Sequence record: MW749001.1
Strand: one strand, 5' to 3'
Length of the DNA: 64,000 nt
Origin: Escherichia phage vB_EcoM_Kelasse
Below, one piece after another: positions 1 to 9,592 of this stretch. Every line of letters starts with the position of its first letter. Positions within the stretch are counted from its first letter, which is position 1. The notes below the pieces were generated by a model. It did no database searches and was not told the DNA's origin. It saw only the letters and a list, made by a program, of their open reading frames with translations. The translations under genes and the position numbers were made by a program.

Positions 1-204
1 AAAATAAAAATCATCATCTGTTAAATGATACCGATAGTTTAATTCTACACCATTAGATTTAAAAGCGGTATCATACGGATTTTCTGGATCAATATCAATG
101 TCAAGAGCTAAAACTTCCCTGAGATACATTTTAAGTAAATAGGGAATAGCTTCAACTTCAGGTATTTCTTCCAAGAATCCGGAGAGGTTAATCGTTAGCC
201 TCAT
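1..204 (-). CDS. hypothetical protein, N-terminal fragment (gene runs off left edge of window)
   Basis: Open minus-strand frame from ATG at 204 ([24 protein letters not shown]...) with no stop before position 1; overlaps 3' end of gene 55. Confidence 0.3.
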
Positions 205-751
205 ATAAAAAATCCAAACTAGGAGAATCGTCTACAACACTTTTCTTTTCAGCCCCCGGTGTTCTATAGGTTGATTCTTCGTAATGCGTCATTTTATCGT
301 AGATGTCTTGAATAAAAGTTTCATCCACTAACGCAACCATATCGTCGTCACGACTGTCATAGACATTGTGAACGAAGTAACTATATTTCTTTGCAACTTC
401 CTTACGTTCTTTTTTAATACGCTGGACAAATGCATTAAAACAAGCTTGAGTTATATACGCATGTGGGTTTTTATATTTCGTTTCATCAAAATTATGAAGC
501 CCCTTAATAGAAGCTTCTATACCATCTGCAATCATTTCTTGTTTCCAAGACTGGGTGTATCCTGAAAAGTTGAAACGTTTAGATAAGCCTTCTGCAATAA
601 GCATAATGGCTAATCCGATAGTATCATTCTGACGAACTACTTTATTTGGGTCTTTATTATTTGCTAATTCTGTTTTCCAATCAATAATAGCTTGTAAAAG
701 CTCTTTATTGTTTACGTAATTATATTTAGGCTTAGTTTCTGACATTTTCAC
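188..751 (-). CDS. 55: gp55, sigma factor for late transcription
   Basis: 187-aa ORF; [24 protein letters not shown]... recognised as T4 gp55 (T4 protein 185 aa, so true start is probably the third codon). Confidence 0.9.
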
Positions 752-823
752 CTCTTAGCTCAATTCATAGATCTATTATATCATAATATTTGAAGATCTA
801 TCTTAAAGCATAGAGGATATCAG

Positions 824-1093
824 TTATCTAAGTAAACAGTATGCTTGGAATACTTTTTCCATCATCTTTTTAAATTCATGAATATCTATATAATGACTAG
901 TTAGATCAGCATGATATAAAAAGTCTAAAAACTTTTCATGTGTACTAACATATTCACTTTCATTTAATTCAGAAACATGGCTTTCCCAATATCCAACACC
1001 AGTCTTATTTGGGAAAAATGAAATTTTCATGTATTGGTCAACATAGAAAATGCCATAATTTTCAATAGTAATAGAAATATTAATAAATTTCAT
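824..1093 (-). CDS. hypothetical early protein (89 aa)
   Basis: ORF in tightly packed same-strand array between 55 and nrdG; ATGA overlap with next ORF. Confidence 0.45.
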   Translation of the reverse strand: MKFINISITIENYGIFYVDQYMKISFFPNKTGVGYWESHVSELNESEYVSTHEKFLDFLYHADLTSHYIDIHEFKKMMEKVFQAYCLLR

Positions 1094-1305
1094 ACATTCA
1101 TCAACTTAGCCGCTTCAAGAGCTGCATCTAGTGAATCAAATTGGTCAACGTATTCAATCAATTCGCCATAATTGGCATATAACCACCATTGGCTAAATTC
1201 ATACTCAAGGATGAATCCGTTTCCTTCAATTTGAGTTAAACCAATGCCATTTGTATTTACTTCATATCCAGCAAGACGCAAATCGTTAATAAGAGCTTCG
1301 TTCAT
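1090..1305 (-). CDS. hypothetical early protein (71 aa)
   Basis: ORF in co-directional array, start/stop coupling with neighbours. Confidence 0.45.
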   Translation of the reverse strand: MNEALINDLRLAGYEVNTNGIGLTQIEGNGFILEYEFSQWWLYANYGELIEYVDQFDSLDAALEAAKLMNV

Positions 1306-1307
1306 AA

Positions 1308-1634
1308 TTATACCTTAGTAATTTTCAGGTCTGCAAATTTTTTCTTGCGTTGATTTTTCATGCGACGAATAGTTTTATCGGAAATTTCATGCTTTTGATA
1401 AGCTTTAGATTCTACACCAAAAGCTTTAACATCAAATTCTGACAAGATATATTGAACCAACAATTCACGGACAGTATTGCGTCCAATCTTCTGATCATTC
1501 TGTTTCATCGTTTGATGAAGCTCTTTTTCCCATTTATCCAAACTTTGAGGAGTTACAATATCGCCTTTTTCTAGCAAAGAAACTACTTTATCATATGCGT
1601 AAGAATTAATGACGTTTTTAATTTGAATAGTCAT
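1308..1634 (-). CDS. hypothetical early protein (108 aa)
   Basis: ORF; followed downstream by UUCG-type hairpin plus T-run. Confidence 0.5.
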   Translation of the reverse strand: MTIQIKNVINSYAYDKVVSLLEKGDIVTPQSLDKWEKELHQTMKQNDQKIGRNTVRELLVQYILSEFDVKAFGVESKAYQKHEISDKTIRRMKNQRKKKFADLKITKV

Positions 1635-1667
1635 ACATTATCCTCAATTACGTTAAAATTTTATTAT

Positions 1668-1688
1668 CCAAAAAGGGCCGAAGCCCTT
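1668..1688 (-). terminator. intrinsic terminator / UUCG-tetraloop hairpin
   Basis: Minus-strand GGGCUUCGGCCC followed by UUUUU. Confidence 0.6.
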
Positions 1689-1887
1689 AGCTAAACTTTT
1701 TGGCACCCTTCCAGCCTTCGTACATCATTGCGGCTGATATTAATATTGCTCCTGAGCAACTTGAATATTTGTGATTCCAAAACCAGTTTAGAAAAACTTC
1801 ATCATCAATACCTTGTGCTATCATATTTTCAAAGAACTGACGACGAGCTTCGGCAATTCGTTGCGATAATTTAGATTCAGGATTCAT
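1687..1887 (-). CDS. hypothetical early protein (66 aa)
   Basis: ORF abutting next ORF (stop/start adjacent). Confidence 0.45.
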   Translation of the reverse strand: MNPESKLSQRIAEARRQFFENMIAQGIDDEVFLNWFWNHKYSSCSGAILISAAMMYEGWKGAKKFS

Positions 1888-2103
1888 TTAAATTTCCCAA
1901 TTACCATTTTCATCAATGAATTTAATCCAGTCATTTACTGACCACTTAGTTGTATCGCCTTTTGGAGTAACATTTAAAGTGTATAACCCCTGCTTAAAAA
2001 GCATTCGTTTGATATTCATATTTTCCTCAGCTGTAACGATAACACTCGTTTGATTTACGTTTAGCAACTCGTTGAGAAGTATTATAATCAAAATCATCGT
2101 CAA
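1888..2103 (-). CDS. hypothetical early protein (71 aa)
   Basis: ORF; upstream ORF overlaps its 5' end so boundaries uncertain. Confidence 0.4.
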   Translation of the reverse strand: MTMILIIILLNELLNVNQTSVIVTAEENMNIKRMLFKQGLYTLNVTPKGDTTKWSVNDWIKFIDENGNWEI

Positions 2104-2359
2104 TGTAAACTGATTTTTTCAACTTTCTTACTTCACCACGTAATTGGCGATTTAGCTCATCTTTAACTTCTGAATCAATACCTTTCATTCTACGCCATTT
2201 ATCTGAGCGAAAAATGTTTTCAACCATATCTTTATGACTTACCCCATCAGGAGCTTTACGCTTTCCGAAATAGTCATAATCACGCACTTTTAAGTCTTTA
2301 CGACGATACGTTTTACCCATGGAGTTTAATTTCCTTAGCAACTGAACTAAATGCAGCAC
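2027..2359 (-). CDS. hypothetical basic protein (110 aa, start uncertain)
   Basis: Lys/Arg-rich ORF; overlaps neighbours at both ends. Confidence 0.4.
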   Translation of the reverse strand: MLHLVQLLRKLNSMGKTYRRKDLKVRDYDYFGKRKAPDGVSHKDMVENIFRSDKWRRMKGIDSEVKDELNRQLRGEVRKLKKSVYIDDDFDYNTSQRVAKRKSNECYRYS

Positions 2360-2495
2360 GATCGCAAATCATGCGTTTATGTAACTTGAGTATAATATAG
2401 CAAACTTCAAAACTATTTACATGAGTAACACGAACAGCATTACCATTAATGAGATAATACTGTCCCTTTTTAATTTCTTTATCAACCATAACCAT
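2313..2495 (-). CDS. hypothetical early protein (60 aa)
   Basis: ORF immediately downstream of an early-promoter-like element at 2518-2556. Confidence 0.35.
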   Translation of the reverse strand: MVMVDKEIKKGQYYLINGNAVRVTHVNSFEVCYIILKLHKRMICDRAAFSSVAKEIKLHG

Positions 2496-2517
2496 ATCAA
2501 TTCCTCAAAGGTAATTC

Positions 2518-2556
2518 ATATGTTAATAATACCACAGTTTGAACTTCTTGTAAACA
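2518..2556 (-). promoter_or_regulatory. T4-type early (sigma70) promoter
   Basis: Minus-strand GTTTACA (-35), 17-bp spacer, TATTAT-like -10. Confidence 0.5.
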
Positions 2557-2575
2557 ACTTTGTGAAATTATTTTA
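2549..2575. repeat. 27-bp dispersed repeat (copy 1)
   Basis: tgtaaacaactttgtgaaattatttta, identical to 35251..35277; first 19 bp also at 15321. Confidence 0.85.
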
Positions 2576-2625
2576 GGGAACGATAAGAAGGGAACGATAG
2601 CTTAGAATGGTAATATACAGAATGC

Positions 2626-2650
2626 GAGAAAGAAAGGCCCAGAGGGCCCG
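2626..2650 (-). terminator. intrinsic terminator
   Basis: GGGCCC-UCU-GGGCC hairpin followed by UUUCUUUCU on the minus strand, right after the redoxin-like gene. Confidence 0.5.
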
Positions 2651-2652
2651 TC

Positions 2653-3105
2653 TTAGTCTTCTATGATATCTCTATCATATCCAAGTGAAATGAGAGTTTC
2701 TTTGAAGTGTTTAATGTTCTTTTGTCTAGAATCATTGATGAAAATGACTGGATAACGAATATTAAGAGATGTGAATCCAGCGCGTTTAGCAAGAGATACA
2801 ATCAGTGGACGATCATACTCAATCTTACCATTATTTGTAAGAACTTTATAAAAAGTAAAAGGAGCATTGAGCTCCTTTAGAAGTTTTGTAACTGATTGAC
2901 ATCCAGGACAACGACCTACTTCATCTGGAATTCCATAGACTTCAATCTTATTCTTTAAGTTCGAGTTTTGTTCCACGAGAAATAATTCCTTGGTAAGCCC
3001 AATAAGGAGGATTAACAGAATCCTCACCAGAGTTTTCTTCAGGAAAATAAACCTGGATAACGAAGCCGGATTCATCAAAGGTGAAATAAGTAGTAGGCAG
3101 TTCAC
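2653..3105 (-). CDS. glutaredoxin/NrdH-like redoxin (N-terminal extent uncertain)
   Basis: C-terminal ~95 aa carry a CPGC redox motif in a thioredoxin-fold-like context (EVYGIPDEVGRCPGCQSV...); the long ATG-initiated frame overlaps the upstream ORF, so the real start may be a GTG near 2966; position matches T4 nrdH next to nrdG. Confidence 0.55.
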   Translation of the reverse strand: MNCLLLISPLMNPASLSRFIFLKKTLVRILLILLIGLTKELFLVEQNSNLKNKIEVYGIPDEVGRCPGCQSVTKLLKELNAPFTFYKVLTNNGKIEYDRPLIVSLAKRAGFTSLNIRYPVIFINDSRQKNIKHFKETLISLGYDRDIIED

Positions 3106-3259
3106 CTAACAAATCGGCACGAGCGTTGATTTCTTCGAGGTCTTGTTCACGTCCAGCCCAGAAGCTTGGGTTCAGACTACATTCATAGAAATAATAGTCA
3201 TTACCGAACATATCAAAACCATTCCAACTCTCTACTACATACCGCTCAAAACTAATCAT
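2948..3259 (-). CDS. hypothetical early protein (103 aa)
   Basis: ORF; acidic/aromatic composition. Confidence 0.4.
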   Translation of the reverse strand: MISFERYVVESWNGFDMFGNDYYFYECSLNPSFWAGREQDLEEINARADLLGELPTTYFTFDESGFVIQVYFPEENSGEDSVNPPYWAYQGIISRGTKLELKE

Positions 3260-3261
3260 AA

Positions 3262-3477
3262 TTAAGCCTTTTTATCAAGAACCGCATTCAGCTTGTTAGT
3301 AATTTTATCCAGACGCTCATTGAACTCACTAGAAGATAAGCCCTTTTCTGGAGAAATTAAACTAATCACGAAAAATATAGCAATAAAAGGAATAAGAAAA
3401 ATAGCTCCAACTGCCATAAACAGAAAGAACGTTACAGTTGTAAGAAAATCAGCTAAACCTTTACGAAATTTATACAT
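3262..3477 (-). CDS. small membrane protein (71 aa)
   Basis: Long hydrophobic segment FLFMAVGAIFLIPFIAIFFVISLI predicts a transmembrane helix. Confidence 0.45.
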   Translation of the reverse strand: MYKFRKGLADFLTTVTFFLFMAVGAIFLIPFIAIFFVISLISPEKGLSSSEFNERLDKITNKLNAVLDKKA

Positions 3478-3592
3478 ATTTTACCCTTAATTGATTAACC
3501 AAGCATTGATAAGCACTAAACTATATTGCGAATAAAATTCTGGACCAAAATGAAAAATCATATCATTTATAGTATCCATAATGTAATTCAAT

Positions 3593-4063
3593 TTAATCAT
3601 GTGTCCACACCCCATCGGTATTTGACCAAAGTCGCTGATTATCTGATCCTCGCCACAGCTTTTTAGTCGGAAGATTTTTCTCATACTTCCCATCAATAAT
3701 AACATCAACATATTTAAGCATTTCTAGTTGTTTAATATCTTCAAACTTATATCCTGTCCACAACCAAATGCTTTTATTGGGATAAAGATTTTTAATAGTT
3801 TGAACCACAGAGTGAATCACGTCTCTGTTATCAGGATAAAGAGGGTCACCTCCGGTTATAGTTAATCCTTCTATATAATCATTATTCAAACATTCAATCA
3901 ATTGTTCTAGTGTTTCACCAGTGAATGGAATACCATTTCTAGCATTCCATGTTGATTTATTATAACACCCTTCGCATTTATGCAAACAACCTGTAACGAA
4001 AAGAACGACCCTGCAACCAGGGCCATTAACAAAATCGCAAGGATAAAATCTATCATAATTCAT
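3593..4063 (-). CDS. nrdG: anaerobic ribonucleotide reductase activating protein (radical SAM)
   Basis: 156-aa ORF with CxxxCxxC-type cysteine cluster (GCLHKCEGC); ATGA-coupled immediately downstream of nrdD. Confidence 0.9.
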   Translation of the reverse strand: MNYDRFYPCDFVNGPGCRVVLFVTGCLHKCEGCYNKSTWNARNGIPFTGETLEQLIECLNNDYIEGLTITGGDPLYPDNRDVIHSVVQTIKNLYPNKSIWLWTGYKFEDIKQLEMLKYVDVIIDGKYEKNLPTKKLWRGSDNQRLWSNTDGVWTHD

Positions 4064-5877
4064 TGGTGTTTAACCCTATGCATGATTTCTTTATTTTTGC
4101 CAAGATTAAATCCGCGTTCGTTCGGATTTCCCAAATAACCACATGTTCTTCTTATGGTATTCATCTTTTTAGGATCAGTTTCTCCACAAATAGAACAAAC
4201 AAATCCGTTTTCAGTAGGAGTCATTTCATGGGTACTTCCACATGTAAAACATTTATCTACTGGCATATTAACACCAAAATAATCTAAATGTTGTGCAGCA
4301 TAATCCCATACGGCCTCAAGACCTTTTAAGTTATTTTTCATATCAGGAAGTTCAACATAAGAAATGTGACCACCTGTCGCAATGAAATGATATGGCGCTT
4401 CACGAGAAATCTTTTCAAACGGAGTAATATTTTCTTCTACTGAAACATGGAAACTGTTAGTGTACCAGCCTTTATCAGTGACATCCTTTACACTTCCATA
4501 TTTTTCTGTATCAAGTTTACAGAAGCGATAACAAAGGTTTTCAGCAGGAGTCGAATATAAACTAAAAGCAAATCCAGTTCTTTCAGTCCACTGTTTAAGA
4601 TGAGCATTCATTTTAGTTAAAATTTCTCGTCCAATATCACGACCGACAAGAATATTCAATTCGTGAATACCAATGTATCCTAAAGACACTGAACTTCTAC
4701 CGTTTTTAAATAACTCAATTATGTCGTCATCAGGTTTAAGACGAACCCCGAATGCACCTTCTTGGTAAAGAATAGGAGCAACAGTTGCTTTAACTCCTTT
4801 TAAGGAACTAATTCTACACATCAAAGCTTCAAAACATAAATCCATTCGTTCATTGAACAATTCAACAAATTTCTGTTCATTGAACTGTGTTCCAATATAA
4901 GAATCTAACGCGATGCGAGGAAGATTCAATGTTACAACACCAAGATTATTACGTCCATCAAGAATTTCATTGCCAGTCGAATCTTTCCATACGCTCAAGA
5001 AACTACGGCATCCCATCGGAGAAACAGGAACAGATGAACCAGTGATAGCTTTATTGTTCTTAGCTGAAATAATATCAGGATACATCCTTTTGCTTGCACA
5101 CTCTAGAGCAAGCTGCTTAATATCATAGTTCGGATCGTCTTTATAAAGATTAACACCTTCTTCAACGAACATAACAAGCTTAGGAAAAATAGGAGTTATC
5201 CCATCACGACCGAGACCTTTAATACGATTTTTCAGAATTGCTTTCTGAATCATTCGTTCAGTCCAGTCAGTTCCCGTACCAAATGTAATTGTTACAAAAG
5301 GTGTTTGCCCGTTTGAACTAAAGAGAGTATTTACTTCATATTCATAAGCTTGGAATGCATCGTATACGTCTTTTTCTGTTTTAGATTGAGCATAATTTAA
5401 CGCATCGGCGATTTGCCATTTTTCTGCATCCTCAATATGTTTTGCATAGGTGCGTTTAACATAAGGAGAAAGTACTTTATCTACATTCGCAAAAGTCGTT
5501 CCGCCGTATTGGTGAGAAGCAACCTGTGCAGTAATTTGTGCCATAATTGCAGTAGCAACACCGATTGATTTAGGAGTTTCAATCTGCGCATTACCAAGCT
5601 TAAATCCGTTCTCAAGCATTCCTTTTAAATCTACTAAACAACAATTAGTAAATGGAAGAGCAGGGGAATAATCAATATCGTGGAAATGGATAATTCCGCT
5701 TTCATGTGCTTTCATAATAAAAGACGGGACCATATTTTTGGCAATGTGTTTAGACACAATACCAGCCATAAGGTCCCGTTGAGTTGGAAAAACACGAGAA
5801 TCTTTATTAGCATTCTCGTTTAAAAGGTCTTTATTAGTTTTATGAATCAATCCTTCAATTTCTTTTTCAATTGTCAT
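4060..5877 (-). CDS. nrdD: anaerobic ribonucleoside-triphosphate reductase (class III), intronless
   Basis: 605-aa uninterrupted ORF; C-terminal glycyl-radical motif RRTCGYLG and C-x-x-C zinc ribbon; matches T4 NrdD size. Confidence 0.95.
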   Translation of the reverse strand: MTIEKEIEGLIHKTNKDLLNENANKDSRVFPTQRDLMAGIVSKHIAKNMVPSFIMKAHESGIIHFHDIDYSPALPFTNCCLVDLKGMLENGFKLGNAQIETPKSIGVATAIMAQITAQVASHQYGGTTFANVDKVLSPYVKRTYAKHIEDAEKWQIADALNYAQSKTEKDVYDAFQAYEYEVNTLFSSNGQTPFVTITFGTGTDWTERMIQKAILKNRIKGLGRDGITPIFPKLVMFVEEGVNLYKDDPNYDIKQLALECASKRMYPDIISAKNNKAITGSSVPVSPMGCRSFLSVWKDSTGNEILDGRNNLGVVTLNLPRIALDSYIGTQFNEQKFVELFNERMDLCFEALMCRISSLKGVKATVAPILYQEGAFGVRLKPDDDIIELFKNGRSSVSLGYIGIHELNILVGRDIGREILTKMNAHLKQWTERTGFAFSLYSTPAENLCYRFCKLDTEKYGSVKDVTDKGWYTNSFHVSVEENITPFEKISREAPYHFIATGGHISYVELPDMKNNLKGLEAVWDYAAQHLDYFGVNMPVDKCFTCGSTHEMTPTENGFVCSICGETDPKKMNTIRRTCGYLGNPNERGFNLGKNKEIMHRVKHQ

Positions 5878-6347
5878 TTTAAACTCTTTCTAAGCTGCTT
5901 CTTAAATGAAGCTATTAATTGTGTTTTAGTGTCAGATTCATTATATTCAAATCCTCTTTGAAGCATCTCAGCCATCATTTCCTCTTTTCCTAAACGAGAA
6001 AATTCCTTTGATTTATCTCCAACAAAGTTAGGGTGAATATTATTTTGGGTGTAATCGGATTTTAAATAAGTAAGTAAATTTTCTAACCATTCAAGATAAT
6101 CAACACCTTGCCCCTTTAAGCCAGAACGATTAAATTTATGTTTCATTTGACCTTCTGCGGCATTGCAGAGATTACAAAGCAATCCACGTACCTTTCCTGC
6201 TTTTGGTCCATTTAATTCATGGTCATGGTCGAGGTGATTAGCTTGAACGTCAGGATTTAGTTCTCGTTGGCAAATTAAGCATTTACCATTTTGTGCATCA
6301 TAAAATTTCTGTTTTTCTTCTTTATATAATTTGCCAGTCAATAACAT
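5874..6347 (-). CDS. 49: endonuclease VII (Holliday-junction resolvase)
   Basis: 157-aa ORF MLLTGKLYKEEKQKFYDAQNGKCLICQREL...HLDHDHELNGPKAGKVRGLLCNLCN recognised as T4 endonuclease VII. Confidence 0.95.
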   Translation of the reverse strand: MLLTGKLYKEEKQKFYDAQNGKCLICQRELNPDVQANHLDHDHELNGPKAGKVRGLLCNLCNAAEGQMKHKFNRSGLKGQGVDYLEWLENLLTYLKSDYTQNNIHPNFVGDKSKEFSRLGKEEMMAEMLQRGFEYNESDTKTQLIASFKKQLRKSLK

Positions 6348-6389
6348 AATAAAACCCTTACCTTAAATAGATAAGGGTATTTATTATTT

Positions 6390-6875
6390 TCAAGTATTGT
6401 AAAACATTTGATTCAATCGCTTATATTGCCGAATCTTTTGGTCAGAAAAAGAAATTTGGGTTTCAAGCCATTCAATATATTCTGCCGCAGCTTGCATCAA
6501 ATTTCCTTCATAGCCATCGTTATTTTCTTGTGCAGCTAATTTAGCTAATGCGTATGAAATACGTTCACCTTGAAAATCGGCTTTAGGCTTCTGAACAACT
6601 TGATTAGTTCTATCTACAACTTCTTCAATTTCGCCATTTTCTACTGATTCAGTATTCCACAAGCACCAATACGTAATTGGCTTATCGTAGATGTTAATAA
6701 TCTTTCCATCAGAAAGTTCAATTTCAATAATTCCAGTATCAGGCTCTATATCATCTTCACATTCTTTTGCAAGTTCACGAACTTTAAAGACAGTACCTGC
6801 ACTAAGTTCCGGCCAGTAATTACACAGCCCTGTATCAGCACGATTAATTCTAAACCACTTATCTACTGTAATCAT
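6390..6875 (-). CDS. hypothetical protein at the position and size of T4 pin (protease inhibitor)
   Basis: 161-aa reading frame from internal Met (MITVDKW...) immediately downstream of gene 49; assignment by synteny and size only. Confidence 0.45.
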   Translation of the reverse strand: MITVDKWFRINRADTGLCNYWPELSAGTVFKVRELAKECEDDIEPDTGIIEIELSDGKIINIYDKPITYWCLWNTESVENGEIEEVVDRTNQVVQKPKADFQGERISYALAKLAAQENNDGYEGNLMQAAAEYIEWLETQISFSDQKIRQYKRLNQMFYNT

Positions 6876-7014
6876 GTCCCATCTCCATATCAATTAAGTC
6901 ATTTATCGTTGGTTCATTATATACTGTTTCTTCATCAGTGTAAACCGGTTCTTCCGGCTCTGGCTCTACAGTTTCCCATCTAGCCGCCCACCAAGGTTTT
7001 ATAGCGTAATCCAT
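6859..7014 (-). CDS. small hypothetical ORF (51 aa)
   Basis: ATG overlaps end of upstream ORF and its stop overlaps the start of the next gene; fills an otherwise uncovered 105-bp gap. Confidence 0.25.
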   Translation of the reverse strand: MDYAIKPWWAARWETVEPEPEEPVYTDEETVYNEPTINDLIDMEMGHDYSR

Positions 7015-7319
7015 TCTCGTACTGTCTGAGTTACTACACGTTCATGGGGCTCGACTAGTTCAACAGTCGGAACTGCATAATACCAGTCAGAATGATAAGA
7101 ACCTGACCGAGATTCATTTACAGCCACATGTACATTATGTTTTGGACTAAAGTAAACACACTGACGATATTGACATTTACCATCTTGCACCCAGTCTTCT
7201 ATTTCGACAGGTTTAAGATAATCGGAAAAATCGAAATCATAGTTTTCCGAAAATGCATCATGGTCTTCAATGATTTCGCTCAGAACTGCATCAACATCTA
7301 ATTTATTTTCAATAGTCAT
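6999..7319 (-). CDS. hypothetical early protein (106 aa)
   Basis: ORF, acidic. Confidence 0.5.
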   Translation of the reverse strand: MTIENKLDVDAVLSEIIEDHDAFSENYDFDFSDYLKPVEIEDWVQDGKCQYRQCVYFSPKHNVHVAVNESRSGSYHSDWYYAVPTVELVEPHERVVTQTVREWITL

Positions 7320-7329
7320 TTTTCACCAA

Positions 7330-7500
7330 TTAATTTCGCAATTTATTAAGTTCTTCATCATCAATCCAGGATTCTAGTCCTGATGGCAGGTCACATTCAA
7401 TTTCCCAAAGAAGTTCTTCAATTTTCTGAAGACGATCTAGTTCTTCGGCTGGAATAGTAACCATTGACGGAGCTCGTGATACATTAATATCGTAAATCAT
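7330..7500 (-). CDS. small hypothetical ORF (56 aa)
   Basis: Translated by hand from reverse complement (MIYDINVSRAPSMVTIPAEELDRLQKIEELLWEIE...); fills a 180-bp gap in the ORF track. Confidence 0.3.
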   Translation of the reverse strand: MIYDINVSRAPSMVTIPAEELDRLQKIEELLWEIECDLPSGLESWIDDEELNKLRN

Positions 7501-7502
7501 AT

Positions 7503-7718
7503 TTACCCCAATTTAACCATACAATCGCCGTATTTCCACTTAGAAATAGACTTTTCACCATTAGAATAATAAACTTCGAGTTTAGCACGATTATTTTTAA
7601 TTTGAATAACCTTGGCTGTCATCAAAGTTCCATACCCATAATAAACTGCAACTTCATCACCTACATATACCGCGCTTCCGCGGTAATCATGAATATAGTC
7701 ATTTCCTTCGAGCATCAT
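7503..7718 (-). CDS. hypothetical early protein (71 aa)
   Basis: ORF with ATGA coupling to nrdC. Confidence 0.45.
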   Translation of the reverse strand: MMLEGNDYIHDYRGSAVYVGDEVAVYYGYGTLMTAKVIQIKNNRAKLEVYYSNGEKSISKWKYGDCMVKLG

Positions 7719-7978
7719 TTAAAATATTCTCGCAGCTGGTCAAATCCACCAATATGACTTCCATCAGGAGCAAATACCTGGGGCATTGTCAAGCCGATTT
7801 GAGTATCACGACCTAGTTTAGTCAGAAGCTCAGCGATTTTCTCATCATCAAAAACACCTTTTTCCGGCATAATGTTGATAAATTCAAACGGCTGTTTCTT
7901 CACGGTCAAAAGACGTTTTGCATTATCGCAATACACACATTTATGAATGTTGCTATCATAACCATATACTTTAAACAT
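7715..7978 (-). CDS. nrdC: phage thioredoxin/glutaredoxin
   Basis: 87-aa ORF MFKVYGYDSNIHKCVYCDNAKRLL... with CVYC active site recognised as T4 thioredoxin. Confidence 0.95.
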   Translation of the reverse strand: MFKVYGYDSNIHKCVYCDNAKRLLTVKKQPFEFINIMPEKGVFDDEKIAELLTKLGRDTQIGLTMPQVFAPDGSHIGGFDQLREYFK

Positions 7979-7979
7979 A

Positions 7980-8222
7980 TTATTCCTTAATTCCTAATAC
8001 TTGTTTAAAAGTCTCGTCGTAATCAAGACTTTGGCCCGTTTGTTCTTTATGTTTGTATATAATATCACTTACTTCTGATAGCATATTTTTATATGAACGA
8101 GTTAAAGCAGATTTAAGCACGCTGTATCTATCAGGAAATTTACCATGTTCATTATAATAAGCTATTGCTAATTCACGGACTGCCTTTTCAGCAGCCTCCA
8201 TATATTCTTTACGCTTGGTCAT
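7980..8222 (-). CDS. hypothetical early protein (80 aa)
   Basis: ORF directly downstream of nrdC. Confidence 0.5.
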   Translation of the reverse strand: MTKRKEYMEAAEKAVRELAIAYYNEHGKFPDRYSVLKSALTRSYKNMLSEVSDIIYKHKEQTGQSLDYDETFKQVLGIKE

Positions 8223-8224
8223 TT

Positions 8225-8614
8225 TTAATCCAAAATATTATTAGGCATTGGTTGAACACTCACAAGTTCTTTAAAGAACTCAGTAGAGTCAGGCAATTTA
8301 ACCATTTCCGGAGCATGCTTACTGAATTTATGTTTACATTGACGGCATTTATATTCAAGCTCTGGTTTACGCCAGTTAATCAATTGAACTTGTTCAGTAC
8401 CGCATTCAGGGCAATTAGGAACGTTTTTAGAAGCTCTTTCACGTCGTTCAACCATAGCCATAATAGCATCCCATGCTGGAGGTTTAAAATCTAAATCGTC
8501 GCAGCCGTGAATCTTTCCACGCATTTCCATATCATCTTCCTCACCAGCCATAATAATTTTAATTAAACTGGAATTACTTGAAGCTGCAATGTCTTCTAAT
8601 AAACGCTTTTTCAT
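8225..8614 (-). CDS. hypothetical zinc-ribbon protein (129 aa)
   Basis: CPECG...CRQC four-cysteine motif. Confidence 0.5.
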   Translation of the reverse strand: MKKRLLEDIAASSNSSLIKIIMAGEEDDMEMRGKIHGCDDLDFKPPAWDAIMAMVERRERASKNVPNCPECGTEQVQLINWRKPELEYKCRQCKHKFSKHAPEMVKLPDSTEFFKELVSVQPMPNNILD

Positions 8615-9540
8615 TTCAATACCTCAATAGCATTACGTAAACCATTTGCTTTTGCATTAAGAGCTTTTAACAATTTGGTGTGTTCTGCAATTTGGGCTTC
8701 AACTTCAATCAAACGGGCATTGAGATATTCACGTTCTTCACTCAGATTATCAACCTTTTCTACTTTAGGCTCTTTTACAACTGTCTTATATGTATTAGGG
8801 TTCTTCAGTTTAATTAGAATGCGTGAACTGTATAACATTGAACCATTATCTTCGGTTTCGTCATACATTTCCACTACGTCCATAATTTTTAACATCATGC
8901 GGAGTTTATAAGACAACGAACGAATAGTTTTGTTGTGCTTATTAATTTCTTTAGCTGTCATGGTGCCAAGATTACGTGAGTAATAATAAGGAACCTGGAT
9001 ATTAATTAATACTGATGAACCACCTGGCTTGTGTGTTACTTCATCAGCAATAACCCAGTCCTTAACATGAACTGTATTTGTACGGTCATCGCCCGCGGTA
9101 AATAGTTTGCGAGCATGCTTAAAAAGCATATTCACTTGGTCATTGAATTGACAAGCAAATTTATCAGCAAATTTAGTTTCAGGAATGGTAGAAAACCAAT
9201 CAGCCAAATGAGTCTTTTTAACATCATTAACAATAGTAAATTCAACCAAATCGGTTATAGATGTCTCAGATTTAATGAAGCTCGGCTTCATAAAGTTTTT
9301 AATGTTCTCATGAGCTACAGTAGAAGATAACATACGAGAACGTTTAAACCATTCAAGCAAATTGCCTAACGAATGAGAATAAGCGTTTTGAGTATCTTTA
9401 CAGATATGATTTTCCTGACCAACATATTGAAGGAAATCACGAAGAATATTATTGATTACTGCTCTGTGCCCGATCTGATAATTACGGTGTTTAGTAATAA
9501 GACTGTCAAAATAATCAATATAATGTTTACGAGTTTTCAT
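8611..9540 (-). CDS. hypothetical early protein with C-terminal coiled coil (309 aa)
   Basis: ORF; last ~45 aa form heptad-like amphipathic helix ([42 protein letters not shown]) after a Pro/Lys-rich linker. Confidence 0.55.
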   Translation of the reverse strand: MKTRKHYIDYFDSLITKHRNYQIGHRAVINNILRDFLQYVGQENHICKDTQNAYSHSLGNLLEWFKRSRMLSSTVAHENIKNFMKPSFIKSETSITDLVEFTIVNDVKKTHLADWFSTIPETKFADKFACQFNDQVNMLFKHARKLFTAGDDRTNTVHVKDWVIADEVTHKPGGSSVLINIQVPYYYSRNLGTMTAKEINKHNKTIRSLSYKLRMMLKIMDVVEMYDETEDNGSMLYSSRILIKLKNPNTYKTVVKEPKVEKVDNLSEEREYLNARLIEVEAQIAEHTKLLKALNAKANGLRNAIEVLK

Positions 9541-9592
9541 ATTCTTCTCACTTGGTTAATGGTTTATACTCCGAGCCATCCTTGGCTTTAAA

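Noticed and set aside
3487-3711. 74-aa ORF overlapping the 3' end of nrdG
   Set aside because: Overlaps nrdG by about 120 nt in a different frame; at most a roughly 30-aa peptide from an internal Met would be free-standing, which is too weak to call.
4060-5877. Group I intron inside nrdD, as in T4
   Set aside because: The reading frame is continuous for 605 codons with conserved N- and C-terminal motifs; no interruption.
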